From positions 64,001 through 128,000 of the forward strand of contig CAVPSJ010000008.1 in the NCBI GenBank assembly GCA_963708295.1: DNA of 64,000 nt. Reading direction: 5' to 3'. The number at the start of each line of letters is the position of its first letter. Positions within the stretch are counted from its first letter, which is position 1. The stretch is from an uncultured delta proteobacterium (GTDB lineage: Bacteria > Desulfobacterota > BSN033 > UBA1163). The notes below the pieces were generated by a model. The model ran no database searches. It was not told the DNA's origin and worked only from the letters and a program-made list of their open reading frames with translations. The translations under genes and the position numbers were made by a program. Below, one piece after another: positions 10,313-20,287 of this stretch.

Positions 10313-10471
10313 AAAATCCGAAATCCGAATATCGGGCGAAGCGTCCGCCTCGGACCAATCCGGAACAAACTCTAAAATCAAATTTCAAAATCCTAAACCG
10401 TTCCTGTCTCGGTCATTTAGATTTTGGTCATTCGTATTTGTTTCGCAATTCGAATTTCGTGCTTCGAATTT
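10313..10471. repeat. Heptamer-periodic inverted-repeat element, copy 2, with GC-rich insert at 10334-10356
   Basis: AAAATCC GAAATCC GAATATC ... TAAAC / ... GGTCATT CGTATTT GTTTC GCAATTC GAATTTC GTGCTTC GAATTT. Confidence 0.8.
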
Positions 10472-10500
10472 ATTCTCAGGATGGAGTTGAAACCGCTCGA

Positions 10501-10974
10501 TTAATCTTCTTCGACCAGGGCTACGGCATAGGCGGCGATTCCCTCTTCTCTCCCGGTGAATCCCAACCCCTCGGTGGTGGTGGCTTTTACATTGACTCTT
10601 CCCGCCTCGATTTCGAGAACATTGGCAATCTCTTTGACCATTCTGGGAATGATCTCCGAGAGTTTTGGCTTCTGGGCGATAATCGTGGTATCCACATTGA
10701 GAAGATGAAATCCCTTTTCTCTTACCTTGTCGATCACCCTCTTCAAGAGAATCGTGCTCCTGATGTCTCTGTACCGAGGGTCGGTGTCCGGAAAATGCCT
10801 TCCGATGTCTCCGTCCGCAATCGCCCCCAGCAGGGCGTCACAGATCGCATGGACGAGGACATCCGCATCCGAATGCCCTTTCAACCCAAAAAGGTAAGGG
10901 ATCGTTATCCCTCCCAGGACCAACGGTCGGTCTGCAGCGAAGGGATGAACATCATATCCAAAACCTACTCTCAT
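10501..10974 (-). CDS. ispF: 2-C-methyl-D-erythritol 2,4-cyclodiphosphate synthase
   Basis: [46 protein letters not shown]. Confidence 0.97.
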   Translation of the reverse strand: MRVGFGYDVHPFAADRPLVLGGITIPYLFGLKGHSDADVLVHAICDALLGAIADGDIGRHFPDTDPRYRDIRSTILLKRVIDKVREKGFHLLNVDTTIIAQKPKLSEIIPRMVKEIANVLEIEAGRVNVKATTTEGLGFTGREEGIAAYAVALVEED

Positions 10975-11720
10975 CTGGCTTTCTCCCCCCCTCGCGCCCC
11001 TTTCTTCGAAGAAACATTCATCTCCAAAAAAAGATTGGCGAGAACAAGATCTTCAGGGGTAGTGATTTTGATGTTCGCATAAGACCCTGTAAGGATATGG
11101 ACCTTTCCTCCCAGCCGTTCGACCAGAGAGGCGTCATCCGTCCCAACAAACCCGTCCTCTATGGCCCGAGCGTGAGCCTCCCTGATCACATTGACGTGAA
11201 AGGTTTGGGGGGTCTGAATCTGCCATAGGGATTCCCGATCCAGTGTTTTCAGGACTGTTCCGTCCGGGTTGGACATCTTGATGGTTTCTTTCACCGGCAT
11301 GGCGAAGACCACTGCTCCGTATCGGACAGCGGAGTGAATCGAATCCTCGATCATGGTCTGGGTGACGAGGGGGCGGACACCGTCGTGAATCGCCACAATA
11401 TCCCCGTCTTTGGGAAGAGCATCGATTCCATTTTTTACAGACTCCTGCCTCCGCTTTCCACCCGGAACAATCTGAGACACCTTTTGGAATCCATATTTTT
11501 CAACGATTTCCTTCAAGCAGTAGTCCATGTCTTCTTCACCAACCACCAGGCGAACGGAACGGATCAAAGAGCAGGCTTCGAATTTAGCCAGGGTATGGGC
11601 AAGAATAGGCTTTCCTCCCAGGAAGGTGAATTGTTTCTTCCCCTGGTTGGGTTTGGTCGACTTCCCTTCCATGAAACGAAGCCCCTTCCCTGCGGAGACA
11701 ATCACTGCGTCAGCCTTCAT
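10971..11720 (-). CDS. ispD: 2-C-methyl-D-erythritol 4-phosphate cytidylyltransferase
   Basis: [47 protein letters not shown]. Confidence 0.96.
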   Translation of the reverse strand: MKADAVIVSAGKGLRFMEGKSTKPNQGKKQFTFLGGKPILAHTLAKFEACSLIRSVRLVVGEEDMDYCLKEIVEKYGFQKVSQIVPGGKRRQESVKNGIDALPKDGDIVAIHDGVRPLVTQTMIEDSIHSAVRYGAVVFAMPVKETIKMSNPDGTVLKTLDRESLWQIQTPQTFHVNVIREAHARAIEDGFVGTDDASLVERLGGKVHILTGSYANIKITTPEDLVLANLFLEMNVSSKKGARGGEKAR

Positions 11721-11739
11721 CGTTCAGCCATAAGATAAA

Positions 11740-11790
11740 GAATAATGGAAGAGTGGGAAGAGTGGGTTCAAAACCTTCCCACTCTTCCAC
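11740..11790. repeat. Short periodic-repeat hairpin between yacL-like gene and ispD
   Basis: GGAAGAGTG GGAAGAGTG GG ... CTTCCCACTCTTCCA. Confidence 0.6.
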
Positions 11791-11799
11791 CTGAAAGAC

Positions 11800-12852
11800 T
11801 TAGAACTCGCTGTCCAGGGGATAATAGTAGTCTTTCCCCTTGTTTTCCCGACCGGCCTCTTCTTTGAGACGGGCGAAGATCATTCTCCCTGCGGGTGTCT
11901 GGAGGACGCTGGTCACGACAACATCAATGGTCTTGCCCATATGTCTTCTGCCGTTATCGACCACAATCATCGTCCCGTCGTCCAGATAGGCGACCCCCTG
12001 TCCCACTTCCTTCCCTTCCTTAAGAATTTTAACGTTAATTTCCTCTCCGGGAAGGACCACGGGTTTTATGGAATTGGCTAACTCATTGATGTTCAAGACC
12101 TGGATCCCCTGGAGTTCCGCCACTTTGTTCAGGTTAGAGTCATTGGTGACGATCTTTCCCCGAACCTCTTTAGCCAATTCAATCAGTTTTGAATCGACCT
12201 CTTTGATTGCAGGAAAATCGTTGTCGACGATTCGAACATCGACAATCGCCTGCTTTTGGATGTGATGAAGAACTTCTAAGCCCCTCTTGCCCCTCGTCCG
12301 TTTGATGGAGTCCGAGGAGTCGGCGATATGTTGCAGCTCGTTCAGGACGAATTGCGGAATGATCAACGTTCCCTCCACAAAACCCGTTTCCGTGATGTCG
12401 GCGATTCGACCGTCGATGATCACACTCGTATCCAAAATCTTCGAGTTTTCACTTTGGGGAGCATTTTTTGAGAAGAGTTTCCAGCCGGACAGGTGAATAT
12501 CTTCTCCCTTTTTGAAACCGATGAGTAGACCCATATATCCACAAATCCCGTAGAGGATGCTTAGAAGCGGAAGGATCATTTGTTGATGATTGTATAAATT
12601 GGCGAAAAAGACGTTAGACAGGAGATTGGCCACCATGATGCCGAGGATCAATCCGATGAAACTTCCTAAGAGGTTCTTTAAAGGGATCTGCTTTAACCCT
12701 TTCTCGATCAAAAGGGTCAAGGCTGCAAGGAATAGTCCGCCGATCATCCCCAGAAGAGGCATGGGGGGGGAAAGAGAGACTTCCCGGGTCAAGGTATACC
12801 CGCTGATTCCGCAGATGAGGAATAATAAGATACGAAGAATCCATGAGCCCAA
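11800..12852 (-). CDS. PIN/TRAM domain membrane protein (YacL family)
   Basis: AAAGGAGG then TTG at 12852; N-terminal TMs; KILDTSVIIDGRI, RGKRGLEVL, TND.NLNKVA, GKE..QGVAYLDDGTMIVV, QT.AGRMIFA. Confidence 0.92.
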   Translation of the reverse strand: MGSWILRILLFLICGISGYTLTREVSLSPPMPLLGMIGGLFLAALTLLIEKGLKQIPLKNLLGSFIGLILGIMVANLLSNVFFANLYNHQQMILPLLSILYGICGYMGLLIGFKKGEDIHLSGWKLFSKNAPQSENSKILDTSVIIDGRIADITETGFVEGTLIIPQFVLNELQHIADSSDSIKRTRGKRGLEVLHHIQKQAIVDVRIVDNDFPAIKEVDSKLIELAKEVRGKIVTNDSNLNKVAELQGIQVLNINELANSIKPVVLPGEEINVKILKEGKEVGQGVAYLDDGTMIVVDNGRRHMGKTIDVVVTSVLQTPAGRMIFARLKEEAGRENKGKDYYYPLDSEF

Positions 12853-12933
12853 CGCGCTCACCTCCTTTCCATGGGTGGATGATATGAAAAGACATTCCAA
12901 TAAAAACGAGTGGTAGGGAATCTGGAGAGGTCA

Positions 12934-13413
12934 TTATCCGAAGATTGAGTTGATCTCTCTCAAAATATCCGTCTCTTTTACGTCCCGCGCGATGGCCAGT
13001 TCCTTGACCAGAAGATTTTTGGCCGTATCCATAATTTTCCTCTCACCGAAGGAGAGTTCTTTCTCCTCTCTGAGGAGATGGAGGTCACGAAGCACTTCCG
13101 CAATGCCGTAGATCGACCCCGTGTTGATTTTTTCCATATACTCGCGGTATCTCCGATTCCAGGTCTGATTATCAATGGTGACATCCCTGGCCTTCAGGAT
13201 CCCGATGACCTTCCGGACATCAATCTTCCGGATCACCCCCCGCAACTTGGCCGCCTCCACATTATCCTGGGGAATCATGATGGTCATTCCGTTTTCTAAA
13301 ATTTTGAGGATGAAAAAAATCTGCTCTTTACCAGAAATTCGCTTGGTCTCGATGGATTCAATGACTCCAACGCCGTGGCCGGGGTAAACCGCTTTATCAC
13401 CGATCTGGAACAT
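12934..13413 (-). CDS. carD: CarD/CdnL family RNA polymerase-binding regulator
   Basis: FQIGDKAVYPGHGVGVI, WNRRYREYMEKI.TGS, LSFGERK; usual position upstream of ispD/ispF. Confidence 0.93.
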   Translation of the reverse strand: MFQIGDKAVYPGHGVGVIESIETKRISGKEQIFFILKILENGMTIMIPQDNVEAAKLRGVIRKIDVRKVIGILKARDVTIDNQTWNRRYREYMEKINTGSIYGIAEVLRDLHLLREEKELSFGERKIMDTAKNLLVKELAIARDVKETDILREINSIFG

Positions 13414-13568
13414 AATCTTAAAACCTCCTTCCTGGAAGTAAGAAAAAGAGCAATTTCAATTTGGAACCAAACGATATCAAGACAAAGGGAAATACGCCCG
13501 ATAGAAAAACTGTTCAAGACGGCTAACTCCGTTCTTTACCGACCAAGGAGAGAAGCCGTGTAAGGAAT

Positions 13569-14711
13569 TCAGGTTCCTTGACTTTTGGCCAATTTCAAAA
13601 TGTCATCTACATCGGGGTTTTTCCCTTGGATCAACCTGCCCATGGAGGCATCAATTCCAAAGAAGGCCGAAATTCGAATCTTGCCCTTCACCTCGGCGTG
13701 TTCGCCAGACCCGCCGGGCCGAAACACTTCCATCACATCTCCCACCTGAAGGCCCGTTAATCTCCCGGCGTTCAGGTAGACCTGCTCACCCTCTACCTTG
13801 GCGATCCGACAAAACCAATCCATGCCATCTAATTCCTTGGCCAGGGAGCGCCCCAGGTTAGCCAGGGTGACATCAATCGCCTTGATTTTGGCCTTCTCTT
13901 CGGAAAAGGATCCTTTTTCCTTGGCCGCAATGATGGGATTATTGGCGGACAAGTTCTTAAGGGTTTTACCCGTCAAGGTGTCCATCAGCCGCATGTCAAT
14001 GTTGATAATCGCCGAGGCCGCCGCTTCCCGTTCTTTCGTTGTCTTGGTGGTGAAGACATAGGGGCCGGAGAGTTCCCCTGCGACGAGGGCATGAGCTCCG
14101 AAAACTTCGTTGAGGTATAGGAGACTTTTAGACTTTTCAAGGTCCTTCAGGTCGAATCCCTTTTTTTCATAAAACTCTTTGACCATTTGATAGTCGACAA
14201 ACAGGACCTGTAGTGTCCTTCGGTTTACCTCTTTCATCAGCTTTTCGGCCACCCAGTCTCCGAACACCTCTTCGCCCTGAGTGGTTCGATCATCGAAATA
14301 AGTGATTAACACCTTCTTCTTCAAGCGTGGAGGCGCCGATTTCGACGGAGATACCGCGAGCGTCTCTTCCTCTAATAATACGGAGGACGGTCTTGTCGGA
14401 GTAGAAGCGGACTCCTTCCTGACCGCTTCGGTCCCCGTGGTCGTGGCCGCGTTGAAACTCTCTTTATGGGAAAGGTATTCTTGAACAGGAACATAGAGGT
14501 ATTTGGGCTGGTCCTTTCCGTCAGAGTCTTTAGGGTTTAAAACCTTCACGTACTCTTCCTTATCGATAATGACCACTTCTTTATCGAGCAATTCTTTCAT
14601 TTTTGCCTTACGAGAGGAAAACCAGGAAGATGTAGAACACCCGAGAACGAGAAGCAGGAGAAGGAGAAAAATAAGGATGAAAGGGCGAGGGGAATTTTCT
14701 CTTAAGTTCAT
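13569..14711 (-). CDS. Lipoprotein with FlgT-like middle and C-terminal domains
   Basis: Lipobox VLGC after hydrophobic stretch; C-terminal W.CRIAKVEGEQVYLNAG..TGLQVGD. Confidence 0.6.
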   Translation of the reverse strand: MNLRENSPRPFILIFLLLLLLVLGCSTSSWFSSRKAKMKELLDKEVVIIDKEEYVKVLNPKDSDGKDQPKYLYVPVQEYLSHKESFNAATTTGTEAVRKESASTPTRPSSVLLEEETLAVSPSKSAPPRLKKKVLITYFDDRTTQGEEVFGDWVAEKLMKEVNRRTLQVLFVDYQMVKEFYEKKGFDLKDLEKSKSLLYLNEVFGAHALVAGELSGPYVFTTKTTKEREAAASAIINIDMRLMDTLTGKTLKNLSANNPIIAAKEKGSFSEEKAKIKAIDVTLANLGRSLAKELDGMDWFCRIAKVEGEQVYLNAGRLTGLQVGDVMEVFRPGGSGEHAEVKGKIRISAFFGIDASMGRLIQGKNPDVDDILKLAKSQGT

Positions 14712-14728
14712 TTTTTCGATTTAGAATA

Positions 14729-14757
14729 AGTATACCTTAAAATCGTTCAAAAATCAA
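14729..14757 (-). promoter_or_regulatory. Putative sigma-70 promoter of the lipoprotein gene
   Basis: Minus strand TTGATT-N17-TATACT. Confidence 0.5.
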
Positions 14758-14867
14758 CCCCCGATTCCACGCCCTTTTGACTCATTTTGCTAAAGGGAGG
14801 AGGAAAATCGCTAAACAATAAAATGCCAATATATTAAATAGTTACAAATTTATGCGGTCCGTCATTT

Positions 14868-15656
14868 TTATCGAGGACGAGACAGGTAAGCGATTACCTT
14901 TTGCAGGTCTTCAGGGGTGTCGACGGCCAGGGGTTCGTAGTCAACAGGCGTCACTTTTATAGGGTAACCGTTTTCTAGGGCCCGTAGCTGTTCGAGTTTC
15001 TCAAGTTTTTCCAAGGGGGTGGGCTTCATCTTTGTAAAATGGAGAAGGAATCTCCGGCGAAATACGTAGACACCGATATGCTTAAACACCCTCTTGGGAA
15101 GGGGTCTGCTTGTTCCAAAAGGGTTGGATTCCAGGCGTCCAATCTGAAGGTCCCGGGGAAAGGGAATAGGAGACCGCGAAAAATACAGAGCAAGATTCTT
15201 CTGATCCACCACAACTTTTACAATATGAGGATTGAGCCAATCTCTCACCTCTTTGATCCTGGTCATCAACGTGGACATTTGGAGATGATCGTTGCCCACG
15301 AGAGGACGGATCGCTTTATCAATAAAACTTCCGCTTATAAGAGGTTCGTCTCCCTGGACATTGACGATGATTTCCGATTTGAGCTTTCTGGCAACCTCCG
15401 CCACCCTGTCTGTTCCGGTGAAGTGGGTAGGGGAAGTGATGACGGCCCTTCCGCCAAAACTCTTTACGGCCTCCAGGATCCTTTGATCGTCTGTGGCGAC
15501 GATCACATCGTCAATCAATTTTGATTGGCGCACTCCTTCGTACACGTATTGAATCATCGGCTTGCCCAGAATATCGGCAAGGGGTTTCCCTTCAAAGCGA
15601 GTCGAACCGTACCGGGCAGGGATAACCGCAGAAATTTTGATCTGAACCCTTTTCAT
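14868..15656 (-). CDS. kdsB: 3-deoxy-manno-octulosonate cytidylyltransferase
   Basis: IPARYGSTRFEGKPL, TGTDR, VNVQGDEP, ALYFSRSPIP, HIGVY, EKLEQLRALE, VDTPED. Confidence 0.96.
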   Translation of the reverse strand: MKRVQIKISAVIPARYGSTRFEGKPLADILGKPMIQYVYEGVRQSKLIDDVIVATDDQRILEAVKSFGGRAVITSPTHFTGTDRVAEVARKLKSEIIVNVQGDEPLISGSFIDKAIRPLVGNDHLQMSTLMTRIKEVRDWLNPHIVKVVVDQKNLALYFSRSPIPFPRDLQIGRLESNPFGTSRPLPKRVFKHIGVYVFRRRFLLHFTKMKPTPLEKLEKLEQLRALENGYPIKVTPVDYEPLAVDTPEDLQKVIAYLSRPR

Positions 15657-15799
15657 CTTAGTTCTCCTGCAGGGGAAGACCGGGAGGCCCATCCCGCGGT
15701 AGACCTCCTTGGTAAAAAAAGAATCTCACGATGAAAGGTCATGACATTCATCAATAAGCACGGTTTTACCCGTCTTCATCGTCTGGAATATCCCTTAGC

Positions 15800-16450
15800 T
15801 TAGGTCAGGCATCGCTTTGCTATGGATTCGGCGTTTCTAAGCATGGTTTGGTAATTTCCTTCCATCAAACCTGCTCCCACAACGATCTCACGCAAGCGAC
15901 CCACAGGCCATATATCGCCAGGAGCATGGGCGTCGCTGTTCAATATCACGGGAGCCCCGATCCGATGAGCCAGCTTGGCCACATGACCGTTGGTCAATGA
16001 GTGGCCTTTGCGCGAGGTCAACTCTAAGTATACAGAGCGTTCCTTGGCCAATAAGACTTCCTCTTCTGTGATCAGTCCCGGATGAGCCAGGATATCTGCA
16101 GCGGACTCGATGGCCATTCTGTTGGTTCCTGGGGCTACCGGCTCTACAATCGTCTCCCCGTGGACCACCACCAATCTTGCCCCCAACTTCCTGCTCCTAC
16201 CGATCAAGGCAGGCAGGGTCTCCGGCCGGGCATGGGTCAGTTCGATCCCCGGAATCAGGCGAATTCCCTCCAGACGATTGAGCTCCTTACAAAAGGCCAC
16301 GAGTCGGGGAATGATGAGGTCGATATTTGACTGGTCGCCGTGGTCGGTGATCGCAAGAGTTGTATAGCCTGCGACCTCGAACCTCCGGGCCAACTCAGCC
16401 GGGGTGAGTTCTCCATCGCTAAACAAGGAGTGTGTATGCAGATCGATCAT
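15800..16450 (-). CDS. PHP-domain (histidinol phosphatase-like) phosphoesterase
   Basis: DLHTHS..SDG, AITDH, GIELTH, VVHGET, DILAHPG, NSDAH. Confidence 0.88.
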   Translation of the reverse strand: MIDLHTHSLFSDGELTPAELARRFEVAGYTTLAITDHGDQSNIDLIIPRLVAFCKELNRLEGIRLIPGIELTHARPETLPALIGRSRKLGARLVVVHGETIVEPVAPGTNRMAIESAADILAHPGLITEEEVLLAKERSVYLELTSRKGHSLTNGHVAKLAHRIGAPVILNSDAHAPGDIWPVGRLREIVVGAGLMEGNYQTMLRNAESIAKRCLT

Positions 16451-16599
16451 CCTCGGTCCAAAAACTCGAATTTCTAAGCGCGACCGTTAACAGGCAACAA
16501 ACCCATTCAATCAATAAAACACTTTAATTTAGTATATCACGATGCTAGAATAGTACAACTCGAAAACGAGGAAAGATCAAATCGTGACCCGCGATTGAA

Positions 16600-16772
16600 C
16601 GTTGACCCGTTCGGCGGCGCCGGTCCGCACCTTTGAAGGTGTGGGTAACGAAGCCCCGCTCAGGGTCGACCCTGAGCCTTCGACCCGAACCTTTCGGCAG
16701 GCTCGAGGCCCTGAGCTCAATAGAGAGGCTCAAGGCGAGGGGCTAGCCGTGGCCTTCAGGGGAGGGGAAGGA
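16600..16772. repeat. Composite palindromic REP/MITE-like intergenic element
   Basis: Hairpin CCGCACCTT-tg-AAGGTGTGG (16625-16644); perfect 20-bp palindrome GCTCAGGGTCGACCCTGAGC (16658-16677); further CCTTCGAC/CCCTGAGC motifs. Confidence 0.6.
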
Positions 16773-16795
16773 GATTGTTTTTTGGAGGATCAACT

Positions 16796-17443
16796 ATGAT
16801 GGTGCGAAAGGCAAAGAGAGCCTGGCTCCTCATCGGAGTTCTCATTTTGCTCCCTGTGGCCTCCCCGTCTGACGCCGAGGAGGTCTACCAGTGGGTTGAT
16901 GAGAAAGGAACGGTCCATTTTTCAGAAGATGAATCAAGTGTACCCGAAAAATACGGAGAGCGAACAGAAAAGAAATCCCTGCCGGAAGAAGTGAAAGGAG
17001 CAGAAAAGAAGGAGAAGATCAGAAAACAAGATGGGAAAGGTGCAAAGGACCCACTTGCGGCGAAGGAGAAAGAAAGTATCAATAAGAACAGGATAGAAGG
17101 CGATGTCGTCGAATCCGTCAAAACGATCCTTTCTCTGTGGAAAGACGGGAAATACAATGAATTGTATGATCATGGAGATCAAAAAAGCCGAAGGGCCATC
17201 GGTAGAGAAGATTTTGAAAACCGGATGAGGAAGAAGGGAATAGGATTAGCCTCTTCCTGGGAGACTCTCCGGGATATCCAGGTTGATGTTGAAAGCGCCA
17301 CCCTCGCCTATGCCACAGTCAGAATAGGCTTGAAACCCAAAAAAGGAGGGGAGACAAAATTTCGTACGGAGACCTATCGGCTGCCCTTTGAAAAGGGGAT
17401 GTGGAAAATTAATCTACAAAAGATCTTGCAGAGCAAGATATGA
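16796..17443 (+). CDS. Exported DUF4124-domain protein
   Basis: GGAGG SD; signal peptide; VYQWVDEKGTVHFSE....P motif. Confidence 0.75.
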   Translation: MMVRKAKRAWLLIGVLILLPVASPSDAEEVYQWVDEKGTVHFSEDESSVPEKYGERTEKKSLPEEVKGAEKKEKIRKQDGKGAKDPLAAKEKESINKNRIEGDVVESVKTILSLWKDGKYNELYDHGDQKSRRAIGREDFENRMRKKGIGLASSWETLRDIQVDVESATLAYATVRIGLKPKKGGETKFRTETYRLPFEKGMWKINLQKILQSKI

Positions 17444-17543
17444 TTCCTTATGGATCTCTCCTCCTTCCGCCTCGTGTTTTTGACAAGGGAATGGGAGCGC
17501 CTTGGAACCGGGACTGAGGGATGGCCTTCTCTTATTCGGATTC

Positions 17544-19808
17544 TTAGGCGGCGGGTGGGTGATCCTCTGCCCCGGGAAGAAAAGTTTCCAGCATCTTCAA
17601 AAAGGTTTCCAAGAGGTCGGGGTCAAACTGTGTTCCGGCATGTTTCTGGAGCTCAGCCACGGCCTCCTGATGGGAAAACGTCTTGCGATAGGGGCGGGCG
17701 CTGGTAAGGGACTCGTAGGCATCCACGATCGCCAGCAAGCGGCACTCGACGGGAATTTCTTCTCCTTGAATGCCGAGGGGGTAGCCCTGACCATTCCACC
17801 ACTCATGGTGCTTGAGGATCCAGTCGGCAATCGGAACGAGGTCGGGAGCGGACAGGGCGATTCGATAGCCGATCTCACAATGGCGTTTCATCTCTGTCCA
17901 CTCGTCAGGAGTGAAAGGTCCTTCTTTGAGGAGGATGGCGTCGGAGATTCCGACCTTGCCGATGTCATGAAATTTGGCCAGGAGAGATAAGTCGGCCGTC
18001 GTGGACTCGGGGAGCCCGACCAGGGCCGCCATCCGGACCAATAACTTTTCCAGGTGGTCGTCGTGCTGTTCGGTTGTCAGGTCCCTGACTTTCAGGGTAT
18101 TGATCAGGGTGCTCACAATGGTGCTCCGGACGCTCTGGGTGCGATAAAGCTTCTTGCGGTACATGTGGTTATCCGCTTCTTTAAAGACGTCCTTTAGGTT
18201 TTTGTGGGATCCGTTTCTGACGGCGAATCCGACGGAGATGCTGAGAGGGAGTTCGGGGGTGGCGACGTTGTAGGAGTCGACCGCCTCCTGAATTCTCTGG
18301 CAGGCGTTTTCAACGGCGGATCGGGTGGTGTTTGGGAGGACAACGGCAAATTCATCCCCGCCGATGCGGGCCGCCAGATCCCCCTCCCGGAAGGAATCCC
18401 GGATTGCCCTGGCGGCGGAGGCCAGCAGGCGATCCCCCTGGTCGTGTCCCAGGGTATCGTTGACCAGCTTGAGACCATCCACATCGCACGCCAAGATGCC
18501 GACCGTCTCATAGCGTGCTTTTTCTATCCGGCTCATCTCCTCTTCGAAGTAGATGCGGTTATAGAGTCCGGTGAGGGGATCATGGAGGCTGAGGTATCTG
18601 AGCTTTTCTTCCCCGAGCTTGAGGTCTGTGATATCCGCGGCAATGCCGACAGCCCGCTGTGTCCCTCCGGAACCATTCTCGATCGGAAAAGAGCGGTCTC
18701 TGATCCAGCGGATGGATTGATCCGGTCGTACAATGCGATAAACGACCTCATACTCCTCGTGCGCTTTTTTCTCGATAAGTCCCTTCACATGATCCCTGTC
18801 TTCAGGATGGATTGTCTCCCAGAAGGAGTTTGGGTCTTCGTAAAGGGTTTGAGGCGCACGTCCCCAGATTTCGGCAAAGGCGGGGCTGACGTAACTGGGA
18901 CGTCCCTCTTCGTGGATATAGAAGACCTCACGGATGTTTTCTGCCAGTTCACGGAACCTCTCTTCACTCTCGCGGAGTGCCTCCTCCGCCCGCTTGCGCT
19001 CGGTGATGTCCCGCACAATCCCCCGAAAGCCTACCGGCTTGCCGGAGGCGTCGTTTCGTAGCGACACGGAAGCTTCAAGGTATCTTTTGGTCCCGTCTTT
19101 TCTTATGATTCCCCAATCACACTCCCTGCTGGGTTCGCCTGTCCGGTAGACGTTGTTGAAGGCTTGAAATAGTCTCTTTGCGTTCTCCTGGTCTGTATAC
19201 TGCCGGTTATTCATGCCCATCAATTCTTCTTTGGGATACCCCCATATCCGGCACATGGAATCGTTGAAAAAGGTTAAGTTCCCTGCCAGGTCGACTTCGT
19301 AATAACCATCTTCGATGTTTTCAAGAATGGTTCGATATTGCTCTTCGCTTTCCCGCAGTCTCTCTTCCGCGTGCTTGCGTTCGATCGCGTACCGGATTGC
19401 CCGCGCCAGCAAATTGCTGTCCATCTGGCCCTTGACCAGGTAGTCTTCGGCTCCTTCTTGGACAGCCCGGATCGCGACCGTTTCATTGTCGAGGCCCGTT
19501 AAAATTACTACGGGCAAATACGGCGCGACAGCACAAACCGGTCTGATGGCATCGAGACCATGGCCGTCCGGGAGCGACAGGTCAAGCAGGATGACGTGAA
19601 AACTTTGGTCCTTCAATAGGAGGGACAGACCTTCTTTGATCAGGCCCACATGGGCCAGACTGAACTGGTTTTCGCCGGCATCGATCAGCATCTCTTTTAC
19701 TAAACGGGCATCTCCCGGGTTATCTTCGATCAGCAGGACGTTGATGACCTCGGGCGGTGGATCGACGCTGTTCGCCGACTTCTCCTTTGGTTCTTCACAA
19801 TCAGACAT
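17544..19808 (-). CDS. REC-PAS-PAS-GGDEF-HD-GYP c-di-GMP enzyme
   Basis: LLIEDN...LLDLSLPDG...DYLVK receiver; two PAS/PAC; [10 protein letters not shown]...RIGGDEF; HDIGK...[11 protein letters not shown]...RPY. Confidence 0.93.
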   Translation of the reverse strand: MSDCEEPKEKSANSVDPPPEVINVLLIEDNPGDARLVKEMLIDAGENQFSLAHVGLIKEGLSLLLKDQSFHVILLDLSLPDGHGLDAIRPVCAVAPYLPVVILTGLDNETVAIRAVQEGAEDYLVKGQMDSNLLARAIRYAIERKHAEERLRESEEQYRTILENIEDGYYEVDLAGNLTFFNDSMCRIWGYPKEELMGMNNRQYTDQENAKRLFQAFNNVYRTGEPSRECDWGIIRKDGTKRYLEASVSLRNDASGKPVGFRGIVRDITERKRAEEALRESEERFRELAENIREVFYIHEEGRPSYVSPAFAEIWGRAPQTLYEDPNSFWETIHPEDRDHVKGLIEKKAHEEYEVVYRIVRPDQSIRWIRDRSFPIENGSGGTQRAVGIAADITDLKLGEEKLRYLSLHDPLTGLYNRIYFEEEMSRIEKARYETVGILACDVDGLKLVNDTLGHDQGDRLLASAARAIRDSFREGDLAARIGGDEFAVVLPNTTRSAVENACQRIQEAVDSYNVATPELPLSISVGFAVRNGSHKNLKDVFKEADNHMYRKKLYRTQSVRSTIVSTLINTLKVRDLTTEQHDDHLEKLLVRMAALVGLPESTTADLSLLAKFHDIGKVGISDAILLKEGPFTPDEWTEMKRHCEIGYRIALSAPDLVPIADWILKHHEWWNGQGYPLGIQGEEIPVECRLLAIVDAYESLTSARPYRKTFSHQEAVAELQKHAGTQFDPDLLETFLKMLETFLPGAEDHPPAA

Positions 19809-20286
19809 CGGCGTCCCCCTTCTTTGAACGCTTGACGATGGTGAACCAGAAATCTTCTATCAGTTTGACAACCGTAACGAACTGCCCAAAGTCCACCGGC
19901 TTATTGATGTAACAGCTTGCATGGAGATCATGGGTTTCCAAAATATCTCTCTCTGAATTTGAGGTGGTCAGCACGACGACCGGAATTTGCTTCAGGTCCT
20001 CTTCCTCGTCGAGCTCGGAAAGGACGTCACGTCCGTTTTTCCTGGGAAGGTTCAGATCGAGCAGAATGAGGTCCGGCCGGGGGGCATCAGCAAATGGAGA
20101 TTCCCGACGCAGGAAGGCGAGAGCTTCCACCCCATCCCCGACCACGCTCAGATGGTTGTATATCTTCCCCTCCTTGAACGCCTCCACGGTGAGGCGAACG
20201 TCACCCGGATTATCCTCCACGAGTAAAATTTCCACGGGTTGACATTCTCTCTCTGGCTTCATTTCTTCTTTTTCCTTCTCATTCAT
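19801..20286 (-). CDS. Single-domain response regulator (Rcp1-like)
   Basis: [39 protein letters not shown]. Confidence 0.92.
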   Translation of the reverse strand: MNEKEKEEMKPERECQPVEILLVEDNPGDVRLTVEAFKEGKIYNHLSVVGDGVEALAFLRRESPFADAPRPDLILLDLNLPRKNGRDVLSELDEEEDLKQIPVVVLTTSNSERDILETHDLHASCYINKPVDFGQFVTVVKLIEDFWFTIVKRSKKGDADV

Positions 20287-20287
20287 T

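Noticed and set aside
9213-11082. Long antisense ORFs such as 9213-10094 and 10306-11082 (also 18204-19061, 33008-34003, 59407-60126)
   Set aside because: They shadow well-supported genes on the opposite strand and carry no recognisable motifs.
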